Shown: positions 24,830 to 37,405 of the stretch, piece by piece
Numbering within the stretch: the stretch's first letter is position 1
Layout of the letters: each line of letters opens with the position of its first letter
Assembly (NCBI RefSeq): GCF_963921235.1
Contig: NC_086097.1
Location: 203,734,001 to 203,798,000 of the forward strand
Length of the DNA stretch: 64,000 nucleotides
Source of the DNA: Mobula hypostoma
Taxonomy: Eukaryota
Direction of reading: 5' to 3'
Made by a program: the position numbers and the translations under genes
Notes under the pieces: generated by a model
What the model was told of the DNA's origin: nothing
The model's input: only the letters and a program-made list of their open reading frames with translations
Databases searched by the model: none

Positions 24830-25225
24830 TATTTGGAGTGGTTGCATCCACTGCGCAGGATTGGAAAAAGCGGCAGAAAGTTGTAAACTCAGCCAGCTCC
24901 TTCATGGGCAGTAGCCTCCCCAGCATCCAGGACACCTTCAAAAAGCAATACTTTAAAAAAGGCAGCATCCATCATTAAGGACCCCCGTCACCCAGGTCGT
25001 GCCCTCTCATTGCTACACACTCAACATTTCAGGAACAGCTTCCTTTTCTCGGTCTTCAGATTCCTATCGCATCAATATTTTCATTCTCTTTTTGCATTAC
25101 TTATTTAATTTTTAATATATATTTCTCATTGAAATTTATATTTTTATATTATTATATACTGCAATGTACTGCTGCCACAAAATACCAACTTTAAGACATG
25201 TGCCAGTGATATTTAACCTGGTTCT
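24830..25225 (+). mobile_element. Rex1/Babar-type LINE 3' fragment
   Basis: CAGAAAGTTGTAAACTCAGCC..GCAGCATCCATCATTAAGGACCCC..TTCAGGAACAGCTTC, homologous to the C-terminal parts of 46544-46855 and 49138-49563. Confidence 0.7.
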
Positions 25226-26559
25226 GGGGCTTAAATCAACAGCCTTATTTGCACCATTAATCTTCAGCCGATATTAAGTCTGAAGGTTGTAGATAAAAGT
25301 TCAAAAAGTTATTCCTAATTCTTCTACTAAGGAAAAGTGAGAGATACTGAGATGGTTCTGCTTCTGGAGTTCACTGGTAATACACCAGTCTCCAAAAGCA
25401 GGTATGTGAAAATACTGCTGATGGACTCATAAATGCCCAAGAGCTACACTTCCTGGCGTTAATTAGGAGATTAAGTGATCAGGTACAGATTTACCAAAGA
25501 GCATTGTGACGTTCCCTCAGTCACAGAGAATTCACAGACTCAGCTCATTTTTTTCCTGGAGTAAATGATGGAATTGTCAACCTGTATTGCAATAAAGTAA
25601 TTTCTTGAGGATTGGCCTAGTGGAACATCTTCTCACCTGTGGTTTTTATAATGCTTCACAGATGCAGGATTATAATGACAGCCTTTACTCCAAATAACAA
25701 CTAGCCCTCCATGCCCTCTGATGGCTACTGTCTTTTGCAACCTCAGGATGGTTGAACTGCAAATGTTGTGGGAACCTGCTCAAGTCAGAACTATGGAAGC
25801 ACCAATTACTCATAAATGTACTTGGTTGTTCTTGTCTGTCAGTTTAAACTGCTTTTGTGTCAATAAGCTTTAGTAATCTGTCACATCCAGTGGGAGTTTT
25901 ACTCAGTGAAGCCTACTTTGCCTGCAGGGTGTTTTCCAACCTAGAGAGGAAATACAAAGTGCATCCTTGTCTTTTCAGAATGCAATGAGGCTGGCTTGAA
26001 GTTTCTAACTAGACCTGTTTGATCAAGAGGTAGATGTATGTAACAATTAGAGACAGCGTGGGAATGAAATTGTTCATTTGAGTGCGCAATATTTCTGTTT
26101 TTGTTAATGTGAGCAAAGAAGAAGATGAGTTTGAAAAGTAGCATAAATTTGGATAGTAATTCATACAGGCTATTTATCAAAGAAAGAGACCATTTCAATA
26201 AAGTTGGGATGGATAGAACTTGCTTTGGTTATATACATGCTAAAATACTTCAAATTTCTTGGGTGAATCATAACACAACTCATACCATCAACCAGGTTAG
26301 TAAGGCATGGGGGCAGGGGGTTGTGCTTGAAATGCTGGAGATACAGATCATGATCTTAAATCTTATGGAATTTGGACTTGATGCCAGCACTGAAAATAAA
26401 ACAGCAATATCCTAAGTAATGACGCATATTAGGTGCACGTGTGGAACTTGGTGTTTATCCTGGGAAGAATCTCCTGACCTGTTCTAATTGAAGGAATCAA
26501 CATTTTTTTTGGTGATTGATCGGAAGAAGAGTTTGTTGCAGAGAAATAGTGTTGTCTAA

Positions 26560-27710
26560 TAGACCATAAGACATTGGAGCAGAATTAGACCATTTGGCCC
26601 ATCAGGTCTGTGTTGCCATTCAATTATGGCTGATTTATTATCTCTCTCAACTCCATTCTCTTGCATTCTCCCCATAACCTTTGAAACCCTGACTAATCAA
26701 GAAAATATCAACCTAGCTTTAAATATATCCAATGACTTGGCATCCACATTCATTGTCTGTGGTAATGAATTCCACAGTTTCACCACACTTTGAAATTCTT
26801 CCTCACCTCTGTTCTAAGTGGATGTTCCTCTATTCGGAGGCTGTGCCCTCTGGTCCTAGGCTCCCCCACTATAGGAAACATCTTCTCCACATCCACTCTT
26901 TTGAGGCATTTCAATATTCGATAGGTTTCAATGAGATTCCCCCCTCATTCTTTTAAGCTTCAGTGAGTACAGGCCCAGAGCCATTAAGTGTTCCTTATAT
27001 GTTAACCCTTTTATTCCTGGAATCATTCTCATGAACTTCCTCTGGACCCTCTCCAATGCCAGCACACCTCTTCTTAGATAAGGTGCCCAAAACTGCACAT
27101 GTTGATTTGCTGGATTCTATTGGAATTTGAGAAGATAAGAGAGAGAGAGATGAGACATAAAGATGAGCTTATCTTAAATTAAACGGTGCAGACTTAAGCT
27201 CCCTTATCAGACCTAGTTCATTACACAACACCCTAATCAAGAATAGCGGATCCCATAGTGAGCTCAAAGACAAGCTGCTCTAAAAAGCCATCTCATAGGA
27301 ATTCTACAAATTCTCTCTCTTGAGATCCAAAATCAGCACCAACCTGATTTTCCCAATCGACCTGTATATTGAAATCACCCATGGCCATTGTAACATTGCC
27401 CTTTTGACCTGCATTTTCTACCTCTCGTTGTAATTTGTAGCTCACATCCTGGCTCCTGTTCGAAGGCATGTGTACTTCTCCCATCATTGCCATCAGAGGT
27501 GACATCTTCTCATCCTGTGCCACCTCTTTCTAAGGATTTGATTTCACTTTTTACCAAGAGAGCCACCCCCCGCCCCACCTACCTGCCTGTTCCTTTGCTA
27601 CAATGTGTATCCTTGGATGTTAAGCTCCCAAATATGATCCTTTTTCAGCCACGACTCAGTAATGCCCATAACATCATACCTGCCAATCTCGAATCTCTAA
27701 CTGCACTATA
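26560..27710 (-). mobile_element. Decayed CR1 pieces (3' end 26560-27100; APE fragment 27195-27710)
   Basis: AGACCATAAG tail; ORF 27293-27523 (MGDFNIQVDWENQVG). Confidence 0.8.
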
Positions 27711-27818
27711 AGATCTTACGGAGGTTGAAGGGGTTGGATCACACAGCTTGTGCACCATCAAACTGAATAAAAGTGTGTTTGTTAATCACGGGACACAAAC
27801 CTAGCACATATACTCTGA

Positions 27819-28187
27819 CACGAGGAATTCTGCAGATGCTGGAAATTCAAGCAACACACATCAAACAACAGGAATTCTGCAGATGCTGGAAATTCAAGGA
27901 ACACACATCAAAGTTGCTGGTGAACGCAGCAGGCCAGGCAGCATCTCTAGGAAGAGGTGCAGTCGACGTTTCAGACCGAGACCCTTCGTCAGGACTAACT
28001 GAAGGAAGAGTGAGTAAGGGATTTGAAAGTTGGAGGGGGAGGGGGAGATCCAAAATGATAGGAGAAGACAGGAGGGGGAGGGATAGAGCCAAGAGCTGGA
28101 CAGGTGATTGGCAAAAGGGGATACGAGAGGATCAAAATGACATCAAAGTTGCTGGTGAACACAGCGGGCCAGGCAGCATCTCATGCT
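27819..28187 (-). mobile_element. Short PLE 3'-end insertion with internal partial duplications
   Basis: Homologous to the reverse complement of ~23740-24004; 13-bp TSD ACATATACTCTGA (27806-27818 / 28188-28200); hammerhead motif ~27961-27996 (-). Confidence 0.9.
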
Positions 28188-28684
28188 ACATATACTCTGA
28201 TGCTATCTCATTTTAGGTCCCTGCCTCACCCATTGATGAGATGTGATTAAAAATTTATCGTTTTACAAACCATGCAATGAGATTTTAAATTACAGGATTT
28301 AATAATTTGCATCTATTCCCATATACCAGCTACAGTGGGCAGGTCATACCAGCTGCACTGAGGCATGAGAAAGCAATGAATTAGAGGAGACCTGTGATGT
28401 TTACACCCTCTATTGTATTGAAATGTAATAGTACTGTCAGACACACCTACTAGGATAAGAGTGGAGGGAACTGCAGAGTTCCATGACCTGCAGTAAGGCC
28501 TCAGCAGAAAACCTGCTCAACAAAGGCAATGGAAAACACCTCATTCTTCAGTACTCCTGTCTGCTCACTTTTCCAGACTTTTAAATTAACTGCATAATCG
28601 AAGAATTTTTCCAAGCAGGTTCTTTTACACTAAACAATGTACATTGAAACATTCAGTGAAATGGGTTGGTTGCAGTTAACTGTC

Positions 28685-30350
28685 AAAAGTCATCGGAGTC
28701 ACGGAGTCGTACAATACCACAGCACAGAAACAGGCCCATTGGCCCATCTAGTCTGTGCAGAATTATTATTCTGTCTAGTCCCATGGACCTGCGCCTGGAC
28801 TCTACATACACTCCATCCAGGTACTTATCCTAACCACTCTCAAATGTTGAAATCAAACTCGCATCCATCACTTCCGCTGGCAGCTCCCTCCACACTCTTA
28901 CCACCCTCTGAGTGAAGACATTTCCCCTCATGTTTCTCTTAAACATTTCACCTTTCACCCTTAACCTCTAGTCCCAGTCCCACCCAGTGGAAAAAGCCTG
29001 CTTGCATTTACCATAGCTATATCCCCCCTTAATTTTGTGTACCCCTATCAAATCTCCCCTCATTCTCCTACACTCCAGGGAACAAAGTCCTAACCTATTC
29101 AACCATTCCCTATAGCTCAGAGCCTCAACTGCCAGCAACATCCCTGTAAATTTCCTCTGTACTCTTTCAACCTTATTGATATCTTTCCTGTAGATAAGTG
29201 ACCAGAAATACATGCAGAACTCCAAATTAGGCCTCACCGATGCCTTATACAACTTCAACCTAATATTCCAATTCCTGTACTCAGTACTTTGATCTATGAA
29301 AGCCAATGTGCCAAAAGCTCTCTTTACAACCCTAATTATCTGTGTTACCACTTTCAAGGAATTATGGATCTGTATTCCCAGATCTGTATTCCTCTAGGAA
29401 CATGAGGAAATGAATTGAAGCAGCAGAGATGTGATTTTTGAGGAGGATGCAAAGAATATCATGGACAAAACGAATATCTAACGAGGATGTCATGAACAGA
29501 GAAAACACAAAAAGAGAACTAATGTATGAGATCTTGAAAAGACAACGTAACTTCATTGGACATGTGATTAGGAAAGAGGAGTTAGAATGCACGGTAATTA
29601 TGGGAAAGATTGAAGGGAAGAAAGCAAGAGGAAGACAAAGACAAATGATGATGGAGACAGCAGCCAGAGAACTGTAAATGAATACCAATGGATTGATCCA
29701 CTTGACCCAAAACAGGAGTGTGTGGGCCATGGCAGTCAAAGCTCAAACTGAGCACAGCACCTGATGATGATGATGATGGTTCCCAGATCTCTCTATTCTA
29801 TCACACTCCTTGTTGCCCTACTGTTCACTATGTAAGTTCTACCCTGATTAGTCCTCCCAAGTACAACAACTCACACTTGTCTGTACGAAATTCCATCTGC
29901 CATTTTTCCAGCTGCTTCACTTGATAGCCTTGCTCACTATCGACTGTGCCCCCAGTTCATTTTTTTTGATCATCCAGATCGTTGATATTGATGACAAGCA
30001 CCAATGGACCCAGCACTGATCAATGTGGCACACCACTAGTAACAGGCCTCCAGTCAGAGTTGCAACCATCTACCACCACTCTCTGGTTTCTCCTGTGAAG
30101 CCAAAGTCAAATCCAAATTACTATCTCATCTTAAGTGCCAAGCGACTGAACCTTATTGATCAACCTCCAATGCAGAACAATGTCAAAGGCCTTGCTAAGG
30201 TCCATGTAGACAACTTCCATTGCCTTTGCTTTATTAACCTTCCTGGTATCTTCCTTGAAAAACTCTATAAATTAGATAGACATGACCTACCATACACAAA
30301 GCCATGTTGTCTATCCCTAATCAGTCCCTGTCTATCCAAATACTTACAGT
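28685..30350 (-). mobile_element. CR1 LINE RT/3' fragment, interrupted by an RTE copy
   Basis: ORF 28968-29357 (LYKASVRPNLEFC..RMRGDLI); ACAGCACAGAAACAGGCCC 3' motif. Confidence 0.85.
29386..29779 (+). mobile_element. 5'-truncated RTE-clade LINE with (GAT)n tail
   Basis: ORF 29438-29677 (RRMQRISWTKRISNEDV..FIGHVIRK..GKIEGKKARGRQR); 11-bp TSD TTCCCAGATCT (29375-29385 / 29780-29790). Confidence 0.88.
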
Positions 30351-30355
30351 ATGTA

Positions 30356-30485
30356 AACAACAGGAATTCTGCAGATGCTGGAAATTCAAGCAACATACAT
30401 CAAAGTTGCTGGTGAACGCAGCAGGCCAAGCAGCATCTATAGGAAGAGGCACAGTCGACGTTTCAGGCCGAGACCCTTCGTCAGG
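30356..30485 (-). mobile_element. 130-bp PLE 3'-terminal insertion
   Basis: Matches the reverse complement of the PLE 3' end; 14-bp TSD ACTTACAGTATGTA (30342-30355 / 30486-30499). Confidence 0.9.
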
Positions 30486-30488
30486 ACT
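30453..30488 (-). ncRNA. Minimal type-I hammerhead ribozyme motif (intact core, GUC site)
   Basis: Minus strand AGTC CTGACGA A GGGTCTCGGCCT GAAA CGTC GACT. Confidence 0.8.
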
Positions 30489-31664
30489 TACAGTATGTAT
30501 CTGATCACTTAGATAACTTACCCACAAATGAGGACAATCCTTAGGGTTCATTGCTTGAGGCCTTATCATACTTGTGGACTACTACAGGTTATGGGATGCC
30601 TCGGGCACCATGACATGTGACTCAGCCTTTTTACAAAAGTTAGTGCTCTCGCTGGTGTAAGCATGCTGGTATATTACAGGTTTCTTTCTTCAGTGTCGCT
30701 ACATGATCCATTGTGTATTTTCTGAAATTCTACCCACATTTTGCTTTTGTGCACTTCTGTGTCCTGGTTCTATTATTCAAGGTCCCTGCATGACCTGTGG
30801 ATTCTTTCATATAGTTCTGATGAAAGACTTCAGTGTGGTGTTTTTGCATGAGAGAACCATTCAAAAGTTACATGGCTCTGAATCTCATTGGCTGACTTAA
30901 CCCAAGAAATCAACAGCAGTGAAATAGCTGCAGAATTGAAAGTGAGAAGTGTGTGCTCTACTTGGATTTAACTCCTACCAGTCATAAATAAAATTCACCC
31001 CAAGAGCTTCTTTCTTCCAGTACATTTTAACTCTGATATGGATCATACTACAGTATTATGGCAATTTCTCAAATCCTACCATTTTCATGTCTAGTCCATT
31101 GATTTAAATTTCTTCCTAATCTTTGTCTGTAGGACTACAAAGAAATGTGCTATTACTTATATTAATTCTGTTAAATAGATGAGAACATTTTTTTAATTGC
31201 TGAATTACTAGGTGTTCTTTCAGGAGTCAAAAGTTACAAGAGTCTCTTCAAAATGGTCTGAGCTTGTGTGTCATGAACAATGTTAACCTGCAGTGTCCTG
31301 CATAGATTTGCTTTTAGAAAACCATTTCATTCTTGGAGTAGCATTCATTTTGATGCTGCTGCCCTTGTACATCTGCCTTGAAAGCAGCCACAGACCTTGG
31401 GCTGAAATGTCAACGCTTTATTCATTTCCAATAGATGCTACCTGATCCAAGATCCTCCAGCTTTTTGTGTGTGTTACCGTTATGTCTAAACTGCATTTTG
31501 ATTGAAACAATTTCGTCAAATTGATTTTTACGAAATCATGCAATCTCTTCAAATTTTCTTTATTAATAGGTTTTTGAATTGTTGCTCACAAGCTTTCAGC
31601 ACATCAAGAGAGTGATTTCCTGACTTCCTGAGTTACAGTGTGTGTTGGGATTTGATGACAATAT

Positions 31665-32847
31665 GAGAACAGGCGGTATTGCTACGTGACAGTGAGTCCA
31701 GAACTAAGAAGATTAGACAGGTTAATAAGTGGCTAAGGAGTTGGTATAGGATGGAGGGCATAAGATTTTTGGATCATTGAGGCTCTCTTCCAGGGAAGAT
31801 GAGACCTTTACAGAAAGAACAGTTTGTGCCTGAACTTGAGGGGGACTATTATCCTAGTGGGAAGGTTTTTTAATGCTGCACAGTGGGGTTTAAACTAGAG
31901 TTACAGGGGGATGGGAACCAGAATGCCAGAACAGTGAATGGAGAAGATGTGGAGGCAGATGTTGGTAAGACCTCAGACAAAGTTAGGAATCGAAAGGATG
32001 AACATGATGTGAATGGTGTGCTGAGCTGTGCATATTTCAATGCAAGAAGTATGATAGGAAAGGCGGATGATAGTGCTGAAGATGAGTTAGCTGGTTTACA
32101 AATAAAGGCAATGAGTATTGAGGAGAGGCTGTTGTTAGGCCAGAATTGCAGTCAACAGGATGAGTTGCAGTGTGAAAGATGGGCAAATTTGAAAAGGGTG
32201 AACACAGGACTGAAGGTGTCATATTTGAATGAGCGCATAAAGTATGTGGAATAAGGTAGATAAACGCAGCACAGTTGCAGATTGGCAGGTATGATGTTGT
32301 CGGCATCAATGAATCGTGATTGAACGAAGTTTATAGCAGGGAGCTTAATGTCCAAAAGGACAGGCAGGAAGGCAAAGGAGGTGGCACTGCTCTGTTGGTA
32401 GAAAATGAAATCAAGTCATTAGAAAGCGGTGACATAGAGCCAAAAGGTGTTGAATCACTGTGGATAGAGCGAAGGAACTGCAAGTGCAAAAAGACCCTGA
32501 TGAGAGTTGTATACAGACCCCCAAACGGTAGTAAGGATGTGTTCTACAAATTACAATGGGAGATAGAGAATGCATGCCAAAAGGGCAATGTTACAATAGC
32601 CATGGGGAATTTCAATATGCAGGTAGGTTGGGAAAATCAGGTTGGTCTTGGATTACAAGAGGGAGAATTTCTTGAATGCTTACAAAATGTCTTTTTACAG
32701 CAGCTCATAGTTGAGGCCATTAGGGGATCAACTTTTCTGATTGGGCGTTATGCAATGAAAAAGCATTGATTAGAGAGCTTAGGGTAAAAGGACCAAGAAG
32801 CAAGTGACCATAATGTGTTCAAATTCACCCTAAAAGTTGAGAGGACT
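31665..32847 (+). mobile_element. CR1 ORF1 end + APE domain (chimeric); resumes at 34934-35648
   Basis: ORFs 31883-32254 and 32320-32769 (VVYRPPNG..MGNFNM); reading FTLKVER.. continues as EKLKSDVSVLQW at 34934. Confidence 0.8.
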
Positions 32848-34933
32848 ATATGACAAGACCATAAGGCAAAGGAACAGAATCAGGCCATTCAGCCCATCGT
32901 GTCTGCTCCACCAGTACAGTATGGCTGATCCCAGATCCCATTCAACCCTATATGCCTGCTTCCTCATCATATCCTTGATCCCCTGACTGATCAGGAAACT
33001 ATCAACTTCTACCTTAAATATACCCGCGGACTTGGCCTCCACCACAGTCTCTGGCAGAGTATTGCGTAGATTCACTACTCTCTGGCTAAAAATATTCCTC
33101 CTTACCTCTGTTCTAAAAGGTCACCTCCTCAATTTTGGGGCTATGCCCTTGAGTTCTGGATACCCCCACCATAGGAAACATGCACTCCACATCCACCCTA
33201 TCCAATCCTTTCAACATTCAGTAGGTTTCAATGAGATCTCCCCGCATTCTTCCAAATTCCAATGACTACAGGACCAAAGCTGCCAAAGACTCCTCATATG
33301 TTAATCCCTTCATTCCCGGAGTCACCCTTGTGAACCTCCTCTGGACTCACTCCAATACAACACATCCTTTCTGAGATATGGGATCCAAAACTGTTGACAA
33401 TATTCCAATTGTGGCTTGATTAGTGTCTTATAAAGCCCCAGCATTATCTCCTTGCTTTTATATTCTATTCCCCTTGAAATAATTGCCAACACTGCATTTG
33501 CCTTCTTTACCACAGACTAACCTGCAAATTAACCTTCTGGGAGTCTTGCATGAGGACTCCTAAGTCCCTCTGCACCTCTGATGTTTGGTCCTTCTCCCCC
33601 ATTTAGATATTAGCCCACACTATTGCTCCTTTTACCAAAATACAATATCATACATTTCCCAACATTGTATTCCATCTGCCACTTTTTTGCCCATTCTTCC
33701 AATTTGTCTAAGTCCTGCTGCTATTGCATTGCTTCCTCAGCACTACCTACCCCTCCACCTATCTTCATGTCATCCAGAAACCTTGCCACACATGAGGCAG
33801 CTGGGCAAGATCCTCTCTCATGCTTCTCTAATTCCCTTTATTCCATACTGATGCATCTGACTTATGCTTCTCCCTCTCAAACTGCAGTTTGAATTCAATC
33901 ATATTATCATCACTGCCTCCTAAGGGTTCCTTTGCATTAAGCTCCCTAATAAGACCTGGGTTATTACTCAACACCCAATCTAAGATAGCCTTTCCTTGAG
34001 TAAGCTCAAGTACAAGCTGCTCTAAAAAGTCATCTCATAGGCATTCAACAAATTCCCTCTCTTGTGATCCGACACCAACCTAATTTTCTCAATCCTATTG
34101 CATATTGAAGACCCCCCATTACAATTGTGACATTATTCTATTTATATGCCTTTTCCTGCTGCTTTTGCAATCTCAACCCCATATCTTGGCTGAAATTTGG
34201 AGGCTTATATATGATTCCCATAACATTTTTTTTACCCAAAAAAGGTTCAACATTCTCTGACCCTATGTCACCTCCTCTAAAGTTGTAGTTCCATCTCTTA
34301 CCAATAAAGTCACAGCAGCACATATGAGCTCCTACCAATCCTTTCAATACAAAGTATATCCTTTGATGTTAAGCTCCCAACTATGGTCTTCTTTCAGCCA
34401 TGACTCTGTGATGCTCAAAACATTATACCGACCAATCTCTAACTGTGCCATGAGTTTGTTCACCTTATTCTGAATGCTATGCACAGCACCTAATACAGCA
34501 CCTTCAGTCCATAATTCTTTGCCTTTTTGGGTTTTGTGTCAGTGGTACAATTTAACTTTTTGCTCTGTCTGTATTTCTACCAATCATTGGCTTGTCCTTA
34601 CTTACATTCATGTTACATCCATCATCTACGTGTAAACCTGCTGGCTCATCCTCAGCTCTATCATATTGGTTCCCACTCCCCTGCCATATTCGTTTAAACC
34701 ACTCCCAACAGCTCCAGTAAATATGCCCACAAGAATATTGGTCTCCCTCAGATTCAGGTGCAAACCCTCCCTTTTGTATAGGTCACACCAGCCCCAGAAG
34801 AGGTCCCAATAATCCAGAAATCTGAATCCCTGTCCCCTAATCCAATTCTTCAGCCACACATTTATCTGCAGCCTCATTCTATTCTAATCCTCACTGTCAT
34901 GTGGCATAGGCGGCAATCCCGAGATACTACCCT
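32848..34933 (-). mobile_element. Internally deleted CR1 inserted antisense in the previous copy
   Basis: AGACCATAAG tail at ~32856; ORFs 33322-33513, 34138-34347, 34626-34877 (GQGFRFLDYWDLFWG). Confidence 0.8.
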
Positions 34934-35648
34934 AAAGGAGAAGCTAAAATCAGATGTATCAGTATTACAGTGGAGTAAAGGGAATTACAAAGGGATGAGA
35001 GAGGAGTTGGCCAGAATTGATTGGAAAAGAACACTGGCAGTGATGATGGCAGAGCAGCAATGTCTGGAATTTCTAGAAGCAATTTGGAACACTTGGAGTA
35101 TTATGTGCAGTTTTGGTCTCCTTAGTTTAGAAAGGATATACTGACATTGGAGAGGGTTCAGAGAAGATTCATGAGAATGATTCCAGAAATGAAAGCGTTA
35201 CCATATGAGGAACGTCGGGCAGCTCTTGGGCTGTATTCCCTGGAGTTCAGGAGAATGAGGGGAGTTCTCATAGAAACATTCTGAATGTTAAAAGGCCTGA
35301 ATAGATTAGATATGGCAAAGTTATTTCCCATGGTAGGGGGGTCTAGGACAAGAGTGCACAACTTCAGGATTAAAGGATGTCTATTTAGAACAGAGATGCA
35401 GAGCAATTACTTTAGTCAGAGGGTGGTAAATCTGTGGAATTTGTTGCCATGAGTGGCTGTAGAGGCCAAGTCATTAGGTGCATTTAAGGCAGAGAGGGAT
35501 AGGTTCTTGATTAGCCAGGGCATCAAAGGGTATGGGGAGAAGGCAGGGGAGTGGGGATGATTGGAAGAATTGGACCAGCCCATGATTGAATGGCAGAGCA
35601 GACTCAATGGGCCAAATAGCCTACTTCTGCTCCTATATCTTATGGACT
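34934..35648 (+). mobile_element. Continuation of the 31665 CR1 with a large internal deletion at ~35088, then 3' end
   Basis: AEQQCLEFLEAIW jumps directly to CACTTGGAGTATTATGTGCAGTTTTGG; ends TCTTATGG. Confidence 0.8.
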
Positions 35649-35649
35649 A

Positions 35650-36845
35650 ATAGTCTAAAATCTCACGACTGTTTTAGAAAGATTAGAAGATTATTGGCTC
35701 AGAAAATAAACCAAGCATCACTCACTGTGGTCACACCATTGACACACAAGGAGTACATAAGAATGCTGAGAAAATTCAAACAGTTGTGTATGCCCAAGGT
35801 CAAAAAACGTGTCACAGATGCAGTCCTTTTTAGGATTTGTCAATTACTATAACATGTTCTTGTCAAACCTGACGGTTGTGCTCCACTTCTTGAATTTATT
35901 TCTACAGAATGGGAAGAAATGGCAATGGACGAAGCAGTATGAGGTGTTTTTCCATAAGATAAAGGAAATGATTATATCAGACACTGTACTCACACATTAT
36001 GATCCGCATCATCCAGTGAAATTTGCCAGGGAGGCCTTGCCTTATGGTAGAGGAGCATCATGTCACGTTATGAATGATGAAATTTTATGCCCCATAGGCT
36101 TTGCGTCACGTTCCTTTACCACTGCAGAGAAAGATTATGCAGAGAGCTCTTGAATTTGGTTTGAAGTGTTTCAGCCAGTACTTGTATGGGAGAAAGTTTA
36201 CTTTCATTATTGATCATCAACTATTAGTGTCCATTTTCATTCCACAGAAGGGTGTTCCAATACAGCAGCACGAGGAAATCTGCAGATGCTGGAATTTCAA
36301 GCAACACACATCAAAGTTGCTAGTGAATGCAGCAGGCCAGGCAGCATCTCTAGGAAGAGGTACAGTCGACGTTTCGGGCCGAGACCCTTCATCAGGTCTA
36401 ACTGAAAGAAGAGCTAGTGAGAGATTTGAAAGTAAGAATTCAAATCTCTTACTAGCTTTTCTTTCAGTTAGTCCTGATGAAGGGTCTCCTCCCGAAACGT
36501 CAACTGTACCTCATCCTATAAATGCTGCCTGGCCTGCAGCGTTCACCAGCAACTTTTATGTGTGTAGCAGGAATGCAGAGATGGGCTCTGTTTCTTGGAG
36601 GGCACAATTATAAGATCGAATTGAAAAGGGCAACTAATCATGGAAATGTTGGTGGATTATCCTGTTTTTTCTTAGAAAAGGTAATACCTGAAAAATTTTT
36701 AAAGAGGATACTCTGCTTGACGTATTCTTCCTAATACAAGTTGAAAGACTCCCTATTATGGCAGAAATGATGCAAAGGGAAATTCGAAAAGACCCTACAC
36801 TGTCTCAGGTCTATATAACAACTGAAAATGGCTGGAATGTGTAGA
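35650..36845 (+). mobile_element. Ty3/Gypsy pol remnant (RT thumb, RNase H)
   Basis: SFLGFVNYY, LTHYDP..GFASRSFTTAEKDYA, QYLYGRKFTFIIDHQLL, MQRWALFL motifs in ORFs 35809-36153, 36101-36613, 36522-36734. Confidence 0.88.
36269..36568. mobile_element. Fold-back PLE-derived element with a hammerhead motif on each strand
   Basis: Arms ~36301-36430 and ~36439-36568 are inverted repeats; HHR motifs at ~36364-36399 (-) and ~36470-36505 (+); interrupts the Gypsy RNase H. Confidence 0.88.
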
Positions 36846-36864
36846 TTTACAGTAAGAACTGACT

Positions 36865-37405
36865 ACAGTAATTTCTCTGCAACTCAGTTCTAAAAGGACG
36901 TCCTTCAATCCTGAAGTTGTGCCCTCTTGTCCTAGAATCCCCTACCGTGGGACATGACTTTGCCATATCTAATCTGTTCAGGCCTCTTAACATTCAGAAT
37001 ATTTCAATGAGATCCCCCCTCATTCTCCTGAACTCCAGGGAAAACAGCCCAAAAGCTGACAGATGTTCCTCATATGGTAACCCTTTCATTCCTGGAATCA
37101 TTCCCGTGAATATTCTCTGAACCCTCGCCAATGTCAGTATATCCTTTCTAAAATAAGAAACCCAAAACTGCACACAATACATCTCCGATGTCCTGAAAAG
37201 GAAAGCTGCACCCTGGGGACAGATGCAGCAGAGGTGAAGGAACAGAGAGAAGGGAATAGCATTTTTGCAGGAGACAGCGTGGGAAGAGGTATAGTCAAGA
37301 TAACTATAGGAATCTGAAGGGTTATAAAAGATGTCGGTCGACAGTTTGTCTCCATCCCTGGAGGCAGAGAGTTTGATCAAGGGGAGTAATGTGTCAGAAA
37401 CGGGG
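36865..37405 (-). mobile_element. Adjacent CR1 (36865-37180) and older PLE RT (37180-37405) fragments
   Basis: Chimeric ORF 36994-37467: DKLSTDIFYNPSDSYSYLDYTSSH..KNAIPFS (PLE), then YCVQFW..RMRGDLIE (CR1). Confidence 0.8.
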
